64,000 nt of DNA, from contig OZ223510.1 of assembly GCA_965140785.1 (NCBI GenBank), positions 128,001 through 192,000 of the forward strand, read 5' to 3'. Positions 1 through 11,024 of this stretch are shown here, in pieces; the stretch's first letter is position 1; each line of letters begins with the position of its first letter. The notes beneath the pieces were generated by a model. That model searched no databases. It had not been told where the DNA came from and was given only the letters and a program-made list of their open reading frames with translations. The position numbers were made by a program, and so were the translations under genes. Source of the stretch: an uncultured Ruficoccus sp. Lineage in GTDB: Bacteria; Verrucomicrobiota; Verrucomicrobiia; Opitutales; Cerasicoccaceae.

Positions 1-125
1 GAGGCACTGGCCGCATTGATACCTTTCAAGTTACCGCCATTCCCGAGGCTTCTACCTATGTCCTGGTGTTGGCTATGGTGTCATTGCTTGCCTCGGCCGT
101 GCTTAAGCGCCGTCAAAATCGATGA
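1..125 (+). CDS. 3' end of a PEP-CTERM-type sorting-signal protein (partial, starts before window)
   Basis: Frame from nt 3 reads GTGRIDTFQVTAIPEASTYVLVLAMVSLLASAVLKRRQNR*: an IPEA variant motif, a hydrophobic helix and a basic tail. Confidence 0.8.
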   Translation, partial: GTGRIDTFQVTAIPEASTYVLVLAMVSLLASAVLKRRQNR

Positions 126-199
126 GCGGTTTTGACGAGAAACATCTTTTCTGTTAGCTTAGTAATTCAATTGTACTTATGGTCTGATTATTCGCTAGA

Positions 200-847
200 A
201 TGATGAACAACCTACGGATAGATCAGAATGTATGCCAGAATGGGCAGCGAGCATTCTCACTTGTGGAACTACTCGCTGCTCTGGCTATCGTCAGTATTCT
301 CTCGGTTCTCATTGTTCCAGTGGTCGGTCATATCCGTGCAAAAGCAAGCTGTGTGGAGTGTTTGTCCAACATGCGTCAAATCGCTGTAGGCATGAATCTT
401 TACGCCAACGATCACAATGATCGCTATCCGAGTTGCTATCCCGATGGGGGTGCGACATGGCGAATGAAATTGTTGCCCTACGTGAACATGCCTGAGGACT
501 CAATCGGGCTATCTCCTCTGCCGCTGGAAGCGGGTATTTTTGTCTGCCCCAGCTTTGAAAAGGAGTCGTTGGATTCGCGGCAGGCTTCTTATGTTATCAA
601 CGGACAAATGCGTCCCGAGTATCGCCTGGATTGGGACTACCGGCGTTCGGCTGTTGATCCGGTCACGACGTTCCTTCTGTTGGAATATGACCAGCATACG
701 TCTCAGTTTCTATATGCATGGGGGGATGAGGATGTGGCCCGCAGGCATCCCAATAATTCGGCCAACTACGCGTTTGTGGACGGCCACGTCGAAAACATTC
801 AGGAGTTTGTCCCGCGCGGTGATAAACGCTGGTTTTATTCAAACTAA
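200..847 (+). CDS. Prepilin-type N-terminal cleavage/methylation protein with H-X9-DG-like C-terminal motif (DUF1559-like)
   Basis: RAFSLVELLAALAIVSIL N-terminus, CLSNMRQI segment, C-terminal RHPNNSANYAFVDGHV. Confidence 0.9.
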   Translation: MMNNLRIDQNVCQNGQRAFSLVELLAALAIVSILSVLIVPVVGHIRAKASCVECLSNMRQIAVGMNLYANDHNDRYPSCYPDGGATWRMKLLPYVNMPEDSIGLSPLPLEAGIFVCPSFEKESLDSRQASYVINGQMRPEYRLDWDYRRSAVDPVTTFLLLEYDQHTSQFLYAWGDEDVARRHPNNSANYAFVDGHVENIQEFVPRGDKRWFYSN

Positions 848-1066
848 TGATGCTATTGGCTATAAGTTTCAGCTCAGCCATCGAACCGAGTGCCTGGCCC
901 AACACTCAATGGATGCACAATCGCGCTCACGTGGCCTAATCGAAGTACCCAGAGTGGCCTCAGGGAGTTGATTTTAATATTATCGCTAAAACGCCGTTAA
1001 GATTACTTCCAAGGGGTAATGCATGAGGGTTGTTATCCGAGTTTTAAAAAATAATTTAATTAAAAA

Positions 1067-4000
1067 ATGATAATCTACATGTCTATGGGTTCGGTCTTGT
1101 ATATGTTCAATGCCGTTTGTCGTTGGGTGCCGATGGCTCGCGCTTCAACGGGTAAGTGTCTAGGGCCAGTCATCATCACCGTTTTTCTGATGGCAATTTC
1201 CACGGGCCTACGGGGCGAGTCGCTCAGGCCCATGCCTGGCGATGTTTATAATTTTTTCCCTGCCCCGGATTCGCCGGATACAGTTGTGTTCAATGTTGAA
1301 GGATTAACAGATGGGGTATCTGTCGCCTACCGTATCTATAATTACACACAGGAACTAGTCGATGAGGGGCGCACCGAGGTTGTCGATGGGCGTATCGATA
1401 TCTCTATCGAAGTGCCACAGGGATATTATGAGGTTCACTTTCCTGCCTTCAATCAGTCCTTCGGGTTGATCGCGTTGCCGGATTATCCTGTCGGGCACGA
1501 GGGGTATTGGTGCATTGACACAGGGTTGACCTGGAGTAAATGGAGCCCCGAAATGAAAGTGGAGATGATCCGCCTTTTGAATAACAAAGGCATTCGCGGG
1601 TTTCGGGAGCGTTTATCATGGCCTGAGTTGGACGGAAAGGGCAGGTTGAATCTTGAACATGCGAACACTTCACAGGTGCGCGATGAGGTCTACTGCGACA
1701 ATATTGGAGAGCGGCGGGTGTTGGAATTATTTCAGGATTCCCCACTGTATCTGAGACGTGACGCTAGCAATCCATTTTCTATAGATTTGGGCAGAAGCTA
1801 CTCGTCATGGCAGGCGATTGAGGAGCGCTATGGTGCTAGCTGGTCGGCGTTGGAACTGTGGAATGAGCCCTTTTATGTAAAAGGTCTTCCGGCGGATCAA
1901 TATGTGCCAGTGGCGAAGATGGCGGCAGCGGCGGCTTCACGTTCCACCGTGGCGGGTGGGTGCTTCTCTCCAAGCATTTCAGTCGCCTACCTGGATGATT
2001 GCGCTGAGGGAGGATTACTGGATGTGATTGATGCCTTGACGTTGCACCTGTATGGGTCTCCTGAATCCATGCCCAAGCTCATGAGGTTCTACCAGGAGTA
2101 TCTTCAGCGCTATGGGTATCAATCGCTGCCCGTGTGGGTGTCGGAATCCGGTGACCCCGAGTCCATGGGGGAATTTGGACGCGTTTCGTTCGCAAGCGAC
2201 AGGGCGGGCTCAATGAAAACGGTCATGCGAGCGATTGAGTGCAAAGTATACGGTGTAAAGCGATTCTACACCTTCTATCTTCAAAAGCATATCGAGGGGG
2301 TGATTTCGTGGGGAATGACGGATGCCTGGGCGAGTCCTCAGCGTAAGCTGGCTGCCGTTTTGTACGCGGCCCAGAGCGTGGAAGACCGTCCATATCTCGG
2401 GGATCTTAATCCAATGCCCGCAGGGGTGGTTTTCGGTCATGTCTTTGGCGATGAGGAAGAGGCGGTGGTGGTTATTTATGCCCCGGGCCTCGATGCGGTG
2501 AAGCTGCCGTTTCCCGCAGAAAGTCTTGCCGGTGTTGACGGACGGGCGCTGACGGTCAATGCGAATCAGTCGATTCCGGTTCCCGACGGGATTGTGTATG
2601 TGAGACTTCCCCGGGAGAGAATAGAGCCCTTCATCGACCGGGAATGTGACGGCATGAAAGCGCGGCCGGAGTTGGCGCAAGAGCCTCATTCACGTAAAAT
2701 TCATACGCTAGTGCTCCAGCCGGAGTATATCCGCAATCAGACCGAGCAAGTGTCAAACCTGGGGTACTTTCTGGATTCAGAGTCCGCCAGGCATTACACG
2801 GCGGCGACCTACGTGAGCAATCTTTCGGATGAGGTGCAGCAAGTCCGTGTGAGTGTGGACGTGCCGGGCATTGAAAGTGAAGTGCGAGAGGTTTCTTTGG
2901 CTCCGCTCCAGTCGGAGCGAGTCGAGTGGAAGCTTGATCTGAGTCCTGTGATGACGATGCATGAGCGCACCCCGGTGACTTATCATGCCCGCAGCGACAC
3001 GGATGTGGACACGATCACGGTTTATGTGCAGCCTCAGCCTGCCACGCGTATTTACCAAGTTCAGCGTTGTGAGGATGCGCCGAGAATTGACGGAAATCCC
3101 TCGGATGCCTGTTGGGAGCTTGCGGAGAAAACGAAACGTTTGGATTGTCTCGATAATGCGCCCGGCGGTGCTGCGGCTGAGCGAAAGGGGCTGGATGGGG
3201 TTGCGCGTTTCCTGTGGGGGGACATTGGCTTGTACTTCCTGATCGAAGTGGAGGATGAGAAACAGGAATGTCCCGAAAACGCGTCGCTGTCCTGGCAAAG
3301 CGACAGCGTGCAGATCGCTTTTTATCAGGAGAATAGCCCGCAGGACATCAACAGTTTCGAGTGGGGCTTTTTTCGAGATCGAAACGGTGGCTCACGTCGG
3401 GTGCTTTTTCGCAGTTCTCTCGGTGAACCGCTCTCCGAGTCCACGCGCGTCTCAGTTGTACGCGATGAGGCTGAGAAGCGGACCATTTATGAGGGAGTCA
3501 TTGCATGGCTCGACTTGGGCTCCATGAAAGCCATCAATGAGAGGGTTGCCTCGCGTTTTCGACTGAGCTTCATTATCAACGACGCCAATGGCGGCAGCCG
3601 TCGTTGGCTGGAGTGGTCTCCCGGCATCGCCAAGGGTAAAAATCCCTCGGATTATCCAGAATTAATCCTTGTTGATGATGAAGGACATGCAGGGGGGGCG
3701 CAGGCATTGTTGTCGCCTGATGAGGATTGGGAGATTAATATCGAGGGGAGCGTGGAGGTTGTGGAATTCAATCGCGTTCGGGCTTTTAGCATTGACGATA
3801 AAAAGGGGGCCGGGGTTAGTCGGACGGTTCAGCCTGTGGATATGACGCGCCCGCTAAGCTTGACCTTTCGACTTGGGGTGATGGACTTCTCGGAAAATAA
3901 CCGTACCAGCTTTTGCTTTAAAGCTATACTCTGGGGCGAGAAAGATGACGAAGGTTACGAGTGCTGGCTTTCTCCTGATGGCAAACTGTTCGGCGGTAAA

Positions 4001-4276
4001 ACTGGTTTCGTGTTGGCCGATCATGACGGCATGTTGATCAGTCTCGGCAACGAGGATGCTGCTCTTCCTCCGGATGGAAGACTACATAAGATTACGCTGT
4101 GGGTAGATCCGGTCACTCGGATTTTGAAACTTTATGTGGAGGTTAATGGAGTGAATAAACTAATGGCTGAAGGTGTGTCCAAGCGGAATATTGATGATAT
4201 CAACCGATTGGCCTTCACGACTTCCGGATGGGGGTCAGGAGATATCATCCTGGCGGATGTATCCTTGTCCCAATAG
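1067..4276 (+). CDS. Large secreted clan GH-A (GH39-like) glycoside hydrolase with CBM9-like sugar-binding domain; start uncertain
   Basis: ELWNEP acid/base motif, VWVSESG nucleophile motif, APRIDG...W...LYFLIEVED...WQSDSVQIAF CBM9-like segment. Confidence 0.75.
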   Translation: MIIYMSMGSVLYMFNAVCRWVPMARASTGKCLGPVIITVFLMAISTGLRGESLRPMPGDVYNFFPAPDSPDTVVFNVEGLTDGVSVAYRIYNYTQELVDEGRTEVVDGRIDISIEVPQGYYEVHFPAFNQSFGLIALPDYPVGHEGYWCIDTGLTWSKWSPEMKVEMIRLLNNKGIRGFRERLSWPELDGKGRLNLEHANTSQVRDEVYCDNIGERRVLELFQDSPLYLRRDASNPFSIDLGRSYSSWQAIEERYGASWSALELWNEPFYVKGLPADQYVPVAKMAAAAASRSTVAGGCFSPSISVAYLDDCAEGGLLDVIDALTLHLYGSPESMPKLMRFYQEYLQRYGYQSLPVWVSESGDPESMGEFGRVSFASDRAGSMKTVMRAIECKVYGVKRFYTFYLQKHIEGVISWGMTDAWASPQRKLAAVLYAAQSVEDRPYLGDLNPMPAGVVFGHVFGDEEEAVVVIYAPGLDAVKLPFPAESLAGVDGRALTVNANQSIPVPDGIVYVRLPRERIEPFIDRECDGMKARPELAQEPHSRKIHTLVLQPEYIRNQTEQVSNLGYFLDSESARHYTAATYVSNLSDEVQQVRVSVDVPGIESEVREVSLAPLQSERVEWKLDLSPVMTMHERTPVTYHARSDTDVDTITVYVQPQPATRIYQVQRCEDAPRIDGNPSDACWELAEKTKRLDCLDNAPGGAAAERKGLDGVARFLWGDIGLYFLIEVEDEKQECPENASLSWQSDSVQIAFYQENSPQDINSFEWGFFRDRNGGSRRVLFRSSLGEPLSESTRVSVVRDEAEKRTIYEGVIAWLDLGSMKAINERVASRFRLSFIINDANGGSRRWLEWSPGIAKGKNPSDYPELILVDDEGHAGGAQALLSPDEDWEINIEGSVEVVEFNRVRAFSIDDKKGAGVSRTVQPVDMTRPLSLTFRLGVMDFSENNRTSFCFKAILWGEKDDEGYECWLSPDGKLFGGKTGFVLADHDGMLISLGNEDAALPPDGRLHKITLWVDPVTRILKLYVEVNGVNKLMAEGVSKRNIDDINRLAFTTSGWGSGDIILADVSLSQ

Positions 4277-4648
4277 TAAGGTTTTTCTCTTCCCCCATGC
4301 CTGATTAGCCGGCATCGCGTTCGGATTGACGGTGTTTTGAGTCATTGGATTACGGGGGATGATTACCTGGTTCGAGGCAGGAATTTATGAAAATGCAACA
4401 GTTGTTTTATGGAGGGGTTGTGTGCTCCAGTTGATGATCTATATTGATCGTCATAAATATCTATGAACAAAATTAAAAATATTTTTAGGGTCTCATATTG
4501 TTTAATGCTTAGCTGGTTCGGTATTCCGATGGAGGTGGTAAGTGTTAATTGTCGTTTTGTTTATTATTAAGGATGATGTGAATAGAGTTGGATGTTTGTT
4601 GTTAGTGGTAGTTTTAAGTGTGCATTTTTTGTATTTTAAGATTTCTGT

Positions 4649-5548
4649 ATGATGGATCATTTAAAAGGATGTTTGACGGGGGCGGCACAACACCTCCTTG
4701 ACGTGGGTGCGAATCTGTCGGAGGGACCGTTGTGGGACGAGCGCGAGGATGTGCTCTACTGGGTGGATATCGAGGGGAGGTGCCTGCATCGCTACGATCC
4801 CGCCGCCGACCGGGATGAGGCGTTTGTTATGCCTTCACGGATCGGGATGGTCTGTCTGGGCAAGGATGGGCGCGTAATCGTAGCTCTGGAAAAGGGCATC
4901 TACACGGTGCGGGATGCAAAAACGGTTGAGCTGCTTTACGGCGATGTAGAGCGGATGTTGCGGCGAAACCGCTTCAATGACGGCAAGTGCGACGCGGTCG
5001 GACGGCTCTGGGCCGGCACCATGAACATGGATGGGGAGCGGAACCGTGGGGCGCTTTACCGGATCACGCCCGGCGGGGAATGCGTGAAGATGTTTGATGC
5101 GGTGACAGTTTCTAACGGCATCGAGTGGAGCCCGGACAATCGTTATATGTATTTCATCGACTCGCCTTCCGGTTTTTTGTGGCGTTTCGATTTTGATCTG
5201 GAAACCGGCCGGATCAAACACCCCGTGCAACTGATCGATTACCGCGCAGAGGCGGGCAATTTCGATGGCATGACGATGGACGCCGAAGGGTGTCTGTGGA
5301 TTGCCCAATGGGGAGGGTTTCAGGTTAGCCGTTGGGACCCGCTCAGTGGCAAAAAAATGCTCTCGGTCAAGCTTCCTGTGCCTAACGCTTCCAGCTGCGT
5401 TTTCGGCGGGGAAAATCTGGACAAGCTTTATATCACCACGGCGGTGGGCAAGGACGAGACCGTCAAGCGCGACTACCCGGCTTCGGGGAGTTTGTACGTT
5501 TACGAGGACGGGACGCGGGGCCTGCCCGCCCGGCGTTTTGGCATATGA
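4649..5548 (+). CDS. SMP-30/gluconolactonase/LRE family sugar lactonase
   Basis: LSEGPLWD, RFNDGKCD, SNGIEWSPD and DGMTMDAEG motifs. Confidence 0.92.
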   Translation: MMDHLKGCLTGAAQHLLDVGANLSEGPLWDEREDVLYWVDIEGRCLHRYDPAADRDEAFVMPSRIGMVCLGKDGRVIVALEKGIYTVRDAKTVELLYGDVERMLRRNRFNDGKCDAVGRLWAGTMNMDGERNRGALYRITPGGECVKMFDAVTVSNGIEWSPDNRYMYFIDSPSGFLWRFDFDLETGRIKHPVQLIDYRAEAGNFDGMTMDAEGCLWIAQWGGFQVSRWDPLSGKKMLSVKLPVPNASSCVFGGENLDKLYITTAVGKDETVKRDYPASGSLYVYEDGTRGLPARRFGI

Positions 5549-6324
5549 GGAACTTTATTATGGATACAAGTTTTGATCTATCGGGACGGAAAGCGTTGGT
5601 GACCGGTTCGAGCCGCGGCATCGGGCGGGCCATTGCGCTCGGGCTGGCCCGGCAAGGTGCGGATGTTGGCGTGCATTACGTCGGGCATTCCCGGGAGGCC
5701 GAAGGCGTAGTCCGGGAAATCCGATCTATGGGGCGGGCGTCTTTTTGCGTCAGGGCTGATCTCGGCACGGAGGATTGCGCGGAGGTGATTTGGTACGCTG
5801 TGGAACGTGACTTTGGGCACTTGGACATTCTGGTCCTGAACGCGTCCATCCAGATCCGAAAACCCTGGGACGAAATCACGGTCACGGACTTTGAGGCCCA
5901 GATGGGGGTCAATGTGCGCGCCTCGCTGCTGTTGATGCAGAAAGTGGTACCGGGGATGAAAGCACACCGTTGGGGCCGCATCCTGACGGTCGGAAGCACG
6001 CAGGAGTTCAAACCCCACCCGGAGATGCTGATTTACGCTTCCTCGAAGGCGGCGCAGACCTTGATGGCCCGTTCGCTGGCTCTGCAACTGGCTCCGCGCG
6101 GGATCACTGTGAACAACCTGGCCCCCGGCACGATTCACACGGACCGCAACTCCGAGGTCTTGGCGGACGAAAGCTATCGCCGGGAAGTGGTCGCGGGCAT
6201 CCCCGCGCAATATATCGGCGAGGCTGAGGACTGCGTGGGGGCGGCCCTGCTGCTGTGTTCCGAAGCCGGGCGTTACATCACCGGAGACAACCTCGTTGTC
6301 GATGGTGGAAAGGCATTTTCCTGA
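5545..6324 (+). CDS. SDR family oxidoreductase
   Basis: TGSSRGIG Rossmann motif, YASSK catalytic motif, YITGDNLVVDGG. Confidence 0.92.
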   Translation: MRNFIMDTSFDLSGRKALVTGSSRGIGRAIALGLARQGADVGVHYVGHSREAEGVVREIRSMGRASFCVRADLGTEDCAEVIWYAVERDFGHLDILVLNASIQIRKPWDEITVTDFEAQMGVNVRASLLLMQKVVPGMKAHRWGRILTVGSTQEFKPHPEMLIYASSKAAQTLMARSLALQLAPRGITVNNLAPGTIHTDRNSEVLADESYRREVVAGIPAQYIGEAEDCVGAALLLCSEAGRYITGDNLVVDGGKAFS

Positions 6325-6338
6325 ACCGAGAAATTCCT

Positions 6339-7280
6339 ATGAAGACGGTCGGCCTGATTACACTAAATCCTTGTGTGGATAAGACGCTCTTCCTCGACGA
6401 GCTTCCTGCGGAGGGTATTCATACCGCCCGTGAGGTCACCTTTCTGGCGGGGGGAAAGGGTAACAATGTCTCGCGGGTCATGGGACGTTTCGGCCTGAGC
6501 CGAAAATCGCTGGTTATGATCGCGGGCCCGTCTGGCCAACATGTGCGCGAATTGCTGAGCGCAGAGGGGATCCCGGCAGAGTATCTCGAAGTCACGGGCC
6601 TGAGCCGTACGATTACCACGTTGGTAGGCCGTGACTGGCGGCAACTTGCGGTCAAAGAGCGGGGGCCGCAGGTTTCCCCTGCCGATGTGGAGCGGATCAA
6701 GACGCGCTTTCTGGATTTGCTCGCGGGCATTGATTTTCTCTGCTTGTCCGGAACAGTTCCATCTGAGTCTCTGTGGGACTTTCCGGCTTGGGCCATTGGC
6801 GAGGCGAAGAAGCGCGGCTGTCCCGTTTCTTTCGACAGCGACGGCGAAGCCCTTCGCCGTGGGCTGGATGCAGTCCCAGATATTGTCAAGCCCAACGGAG
6901 AGGAAATCCGCGAGGCATGGGGAGTGCCGGTGGACGGACCGGACGACTGGGTGGCCGTGATGCGGCGGATGCTCGCGCTGGGGATTCGCCATCCGATTCT
7001 GAGTCTGGGGGAACACGGAGCCGTGTCCACTTGGGACGGCAACGTTTATCACGTTATCTCGCCGCGGATTCGCTTGGTAAACTCCGTTGGTAGCGGAGAC
7101 AGCTTCGTGGCGGCTTTACTGTATGCCCACATGAACGGGATGGTCTGGAGCGAATGCCTGCGTTGGGCCTCGGCGGCGGGTGCGGCCAATGCCGCCCGCT
7201 GGGAGGCTGCGGGCGTTGGCCCTGAAGACATCCAGTCACTTTTGAACCAGGTGCGTTTCACCCGATTGGGTGAGGTGTGA
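6339..7280 (+). CDS. 1-phosphofructokinase-family (PfkB) sugar-phosphate kinase
   Basis: TLNPCVD, AGGKGNNVSR, VKPNGEE and NSVGSGDSF motifs; start taken at MKTV. Confidence 0.88.
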   Translation: MKTVGLITLNPCVDKTLFLDELPAEGIHTAREVTFLAGGKGNNVSRVMGRFGLSRKSLVMIAGPSGQHVRELLSAEGIPAEYLEVTGLSRTITTLVGRDWRQLAVKERGPQVSPADVERIKTRFLDLLAGIDFLCLSGTVPSESLWDFPAWAIGEAKKRGCPVSFDSDGEALRRGLDAVPDIVKPNGEEIREAWGVPVDGPDDWVAVMRRMLALGIRHPILSLGEHGAVSTWDGNVYHVISPRIRLVNSVGSGDSFVAALLYAHMNGMVWSECLRWASAAGAANAARWEAAGVGPEDIQSLLNQVRFTRLGEV

Positions 7281-7300
7281 ACCGACAGCTTTTCTTTGTC

Positions 7301-8275
7301 ATGAAAATTGCCGATTATTTATTGGATCAGCCGGATATTCAGTGGAAGTACGCCGCGCAGATGGGCATCAAGTACGCGGTCGGGCGTATGCCCGATGCGC
7401 AGGTCGTGGAAACAGCCCGGAGCTTTCCGTTACTGGAGGCGATGAAGAAGCGCTACGAGGATGGCGGCTTTAAACTCGTCGTGCTCGAACCGGCCCCTCC
7501 CAACCAAAAAATCAAGATGAACCTCCCCGGGCGCGACGAGGAAATCGAGACCATGCGGCGGTTGATCCGTCATATGGGGCAGTTGGAAATCCCGGTGCTG
7601 TGTTTCAACTTTGTCGCGCACTTTAATTGGGTGCGCACGCACTTGGGCTTGGCAGACCGGGGTGGGGCGCTGGTTTCCGGCTACGACCACAAGACCATGC
7701 AGAGCGGAGAGCTGACCGAGTGCGGCGTGATCGACGAAGCGAAAATGTGGGCGAATCTGGAGTATCTGCTCCGGGCTATCGTCCCGGTGGCGGAGGAGGC
7801 CGGGGTCAAGCTTGCGCTGCACCCTGACGACCCCCCGGTCCCGTCCATCCGCGGCATTGCGCGCATCATCATCAGCGCGGACGCGGCTGAAAAGGCGATC
7901 AATCTTGTGCCCAGTCCGGCCTTGGGTATCACGCTGTGCCAGGGGACATATGCGGCGATGGGCGAAGACATTCCCGCCGTGATCCGGCGTTTCGGCGCTC
8001 TGGAAAAGTTGCACTACGTGCATTTCAGGGACATCCGCGGAGATAAGTACCATTTCAGGGAGAGCTTCCACGACGACGGTATCACGGATATGGCGGCCTG
8101 CATCCGTGCCTACCTCGAAGTTGGCTACGGCGGTTACGCCCGCGTGGATCATGTGCCGACCATGGCTGGCGAAGAAAACAACCGCCCGGGTTACGAATCA
8201 TTGGGGCGGCTTTTCGCCATCGGCTATTTCAAGGGCATGCTGGAGATGTCCCGCTCTAGTCTCGATCCTGTCTGA
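7301..8275 (+). CDS. uxuA: Mannonate dehydratase (UxuA) family
   Basis: LALHPDDPP, GITLCQG, VHFRD and RVDHVPTM motifs; true substrate unverified. Confidence 0.85.
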   Translation: MKIADYLLDQPDIQWKYAAQMGIKYAVGRMPDAQVVETARSFPLLEAMKKRYEDGGFKLVVLEPAPPNQKIKMNLPGRDEEIETMRRLIRHMGQLEIPVLCFNFVAHFNWVRTHLGLADRGGALVSGYDHKTMQSGELTECGVIDEAKMWANLEYLLRAIVPVAEEAGVKLALHPDDPPVPSIRGIARIIISADAAEKAINLVPSPALGITLCQGTYAAMGEDIPAVIRRFGALEKLHYVHFRDIRGDKYHFRESFHDDGITDMAACIRAYLEVGYGGYARVDHVPTMAGEENNRPGYESLGRLFAIGYFKGMLEMSRSSLDPV

Positions 8276-8351
8276 ACGTTTTTTCATTTCCAGCCTCAGG
8301 CAATCGGCCAGTGGCTATTCCTACTCACTAAACAAATAAGTAAGATTCATT

Positions 8352-9068
8352 ATGAGTGATAAAATAACCGATACCTACGAGCTTAAGAAGCTCGTCGTTG
8401 ATTACGATGTGAACGCCGTCAGAGCGCGTTACTTGAAGCTATACACGGCGCTGGTTTATGACGCAATGGAGGCGCTTGGGATGTCTGGCCGTTCCATGGA
8501 AAGCGGTGTGTACCCGTTGACCCAGGATATGAAAGTGGCCGGACCGGCCTTTCCCATCCAGCGCTCTTCGACGCCGGTTTGCGATGAATATACGCACAAC
8601 ATTCGGCTGGGCCTGATCAAGAGCATGAGCGATGGTTGTATCCTCATCGCGGATGTTCAAGGCAACAAGAACTGCGGTCAGTTCGGTGAGATCACGGCTA
8701 CCGCCATGCGAGCCCAAGGTTGCGCCGGGGCGGTTATCGACGGGTCCACGCGTGACTCCAGCTTGCTTATCCGCATGGACTTCCCGACCTTCTGCCGATT
8801 CCGTAATCCCGTGGAAGGACTCGGTCGCTCAATGGTCACCCAGTACATGGAGCCCATCTTCATTAACGGTATTGACGGGCAGTTACTGGTTAGCCCCGGC
8901 GACTTCGTCTTCGGCGACTTCGACGGTGTCGTTATCGTCCCCAAGGACATGACCCTGAAGGTGCTCGAACAGGCCGAAGAGTGGTTCAACGGCGAGTCGA
9001 AAAGCCGTCAGGCGATGGCAGAGGGGATGGATCCCTTTGAAGTTTATAACACATACGGAAGATTCTAA
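8352..9068 (+). CDS. RraA / HMG-CHA aldolase family protein
   Basis: FGEITATA...GAVIDGSTRD and PGDFVFGDFDGVVIVP motifs. Confidence 0.88.
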   Translation: MSDKITDTYELKKLVVDYDVNAVRARYLKLYTALVYDAMEALGMSGRSMESGVYPLTQDMKVAGPAFPIQRSSTPVCDEYTHNIRLGLIKSMSDGCILIADVQGNKNCGQFGEITATAMRAQGCAGAVIDGSTRDSSLLIRMDFPTFCRFRNPVEGLGRSMVTQYMEPIFINGIDGQLLVSPGDFVFGDFDGVVIVPKDMTLKVLEQAEEWFNGESKSRQAMAEGMDPFEVYNTYGRF

Positions 9069-9069
9069 A

Positions 9070-9717
9070 ATGGACAAGGAAACGGTCATTTCCTCGATTA
9101 TCGGGAGCGGTGTTATCGCCGTCGTGCGCGCCGATAGCGGCGATACCGCTCGGCGGATCGCCGAGGCGTGCCTGGAGGGTGGCGTGTCGGCCATCGAAAT
9201 CACCTTCACCGTTCCCCGGGCGCACCGGGTAATCGAAGAACTGGCGGCTACGTTTTCTCCCGACGAAATTGTGCTGGGCGCCGGGACTGTGCTCGATCCT
9301 GAAACGGCCAGGATCGCTTTGCTCAGCGGCGCTCAGTACATCGTCAGTCCGTATTTTGACCCGGAAACCATTCGCTTGTGCAACCGCTACCGGACGGTGG
9401 CGATGCCCGGAGTCATGAGTGTGCGCGAAGCCGTCCTGGCCATGGAGGCCGGGGCGGACATCCTCAAGGTGTTTCCGGGCGATCTCTTCGGACCGCAGGT
9501 CATTCGTGACTTCCGAGGCCCGCTGCCTCATGCAAAGATGATTCCGACCGGCAACGTCAACACGGCTAATATCGGGGAGTGGATCCGTGCCGGGGCCGTC
9601 GCCGCCGGGGTCGGCTCGGACCTGGTCGGCGGAGCCAAGTCCGGCGACTACGCCGCCGTCACTCGGGCCGCTGGCAACTTCCGCGATTTGGTGGAACAGG
9701 CGCGGGCCGATCTGTAA
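9070..9717 (+). CDS. eda: KDPG/KHG aldolase
   Basis: IAVVR, IEITFTVP, GAGTVLD, LKVFPG and IPTG motifs. Confidence 0.9.
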   Translation: MDKETVISSIIGSGVIAVVRADSGDTARRIAEACLEGGVSAIEITFTVPRAHRVIEELAATFSPDEIVLGAGTVLDPETARIALLSGAQYIVSPYFDPETIRLCNRYRTVAMPGVMSVREAVLAMEAGADILKVFPGDLFGPQVIRDFRGPLPHAKMIPTGNVNTANIGEWIRAGAVAAGVGSDLVGGAKSGDYAAVTRAAGNFRDLVEQARADL

Positions 9718-9858
9718 AACGTTGGAGTAGGACCCCCTGAGTGGATAGAAGCATGCAAGGGGGGGCGGGTTCTGACATCGAAGTGCCCCTGGGGCATGCG
9801 TCCAAGCTCGTATGCGGACAAGAGAAGGGAAAACCATGTCAGGGACATTGGGGTTATT

Positions 9859-10815
9859 ATGATCGATTACGGAACGATCTTTTCGGCGGTGCTGCCGGTT
9901 TTTCTATTGATCGGGATCGGCTGGTTCATGCGGGCGCGTGGGTGGTTCTCCGCCCAGGCGGAAAAGGATGTCATGCGCTTGTTCGTGTGCGTGCTCTATC
10001 CCTGTCTCATCCTGCGTTTCGTACTTGGAAACGAAGTTCTCAGGGACGGGGGACTTGTGACCGAGGCGCTCGGCACTGGCTACCTGAGTGTTGTCGCGGG
10101 TGTGCTGGTAGCGGCTTCTCTGGCCCCTTGCTTTGGGATACGGAACGCCCGCGAGCGGGGAAGTTTCGCTGTTGCCGTCGCCGTGTACAATTACGGCAAT
10201 ATTGCCATTCCTGTGGCCGCATTGTTTTTTCCAGATTCGACCGTCGGCGTCATGCTCGTGGTCAATGTCGGTATCGACTTGGCTATATGGACGCTTGGGC
10301 TAGCAGTGATGGCGGGACGGTTCAGCCGCCGGAACTCGAGGTATGCCCTTTCGCCGCCGGCTTTGGCGGTGTTTGTCGGGCTTCTGCTCAACGACGTGGG
10401 TGGCCAAGCGTTCATCCCCTCGCCTGTGCTCGGGGTGGTCGAGATGTTGGCGGCTTGCGCCATTCCGATCAGTATTTTTGTCATCGGTTCGGCTTTTTGC
10501 GAGCTGGCTCGAGAGAGCGGGATTCGATTGCGTCTCAACATTGCCCTTGGGGCCATATTTATGCGGCACTTGCTGCTACCCGTATTGATGCTAGGAACCG
10601 CATGCTTGATTCCGTTTTCTCCCGCCATCCGATGTGTGATCTTGGTGCACGCCGCCATGCCCTGCGGGATATTTCCCGTTGTATTGGCCAAACACTACGG
10701 TGGTTCGGGGAAACTTGTTTTTCAGGCGGTCATGACCAGCGGTGGACTAAGTATGCTGACCATTCCGCTGTGGATACAAATCGGATTCCGGGTGCTTGGT
10801 GTGCCTGTGCGATGA
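9859..10815 (+). CDS. AEC (auxin efflux carrier) family transporter
   Basis: Polytopic hydrophobic protein with NYGNIAIP and AAMPCG motifs. Confidence 0.85.
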   Translation: MIDYGTIFSAVLPVFLLIGIGWFMRARGWFSAQAEKDVMRLFVCVLYPCLILRFVLGNEVLRDGGLVTEALGTGYLSVVAGVLVAASLAPCFGIRNARERGSFAVAVAVYNYGNIAIPVAALFFPDSTVGVMLVVNVGIDLAIWTLGLAVMAGRFSRRNSRYALSPPALAVFVGLLLNDVGGQAFIPSPVLGVVEMLAACAIPISIFVIGSAFCELARESGIRLRLNIALGAIFMRHLLLPVLMLGTACLIPFSPAIRCVILVHAAMPCGIFPVVLAKHYGGSGKLVFQAVMTSGGLSMLTIPLWIQIGFRVLGVPVR

Positions 10816-11024
10816 GCGTCCGTTGTGTCTACTTCGACTTATTCGTTTTCGATATGAAGCCGAATTGGGCTTGTTCACGCAACATAACGTAAACTCCGTC
10901 TCTATATTTATGATTCAGTTTCTAATAATTATCGGTAAGGGCTTTGTGTCCTGTTGTCTGTGGAGGATCGCTTCCCTCGGCAACAGACCGGGACCCCTCG
11001 TTCGAAATATTGGAAAGCGGGCTT

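Noticed and set aside
850..965. Possible IS5 right-end scar (TAATCGAAGT...GTGGCC)
   Set aside because: Match too short and interrupted to support by eye
9741..10892. 383-aa alternative-frame ORF
   Set aside because: Overlaps the AEC transporter out of frame; Arg/Cys-rich, non-protein-like composition
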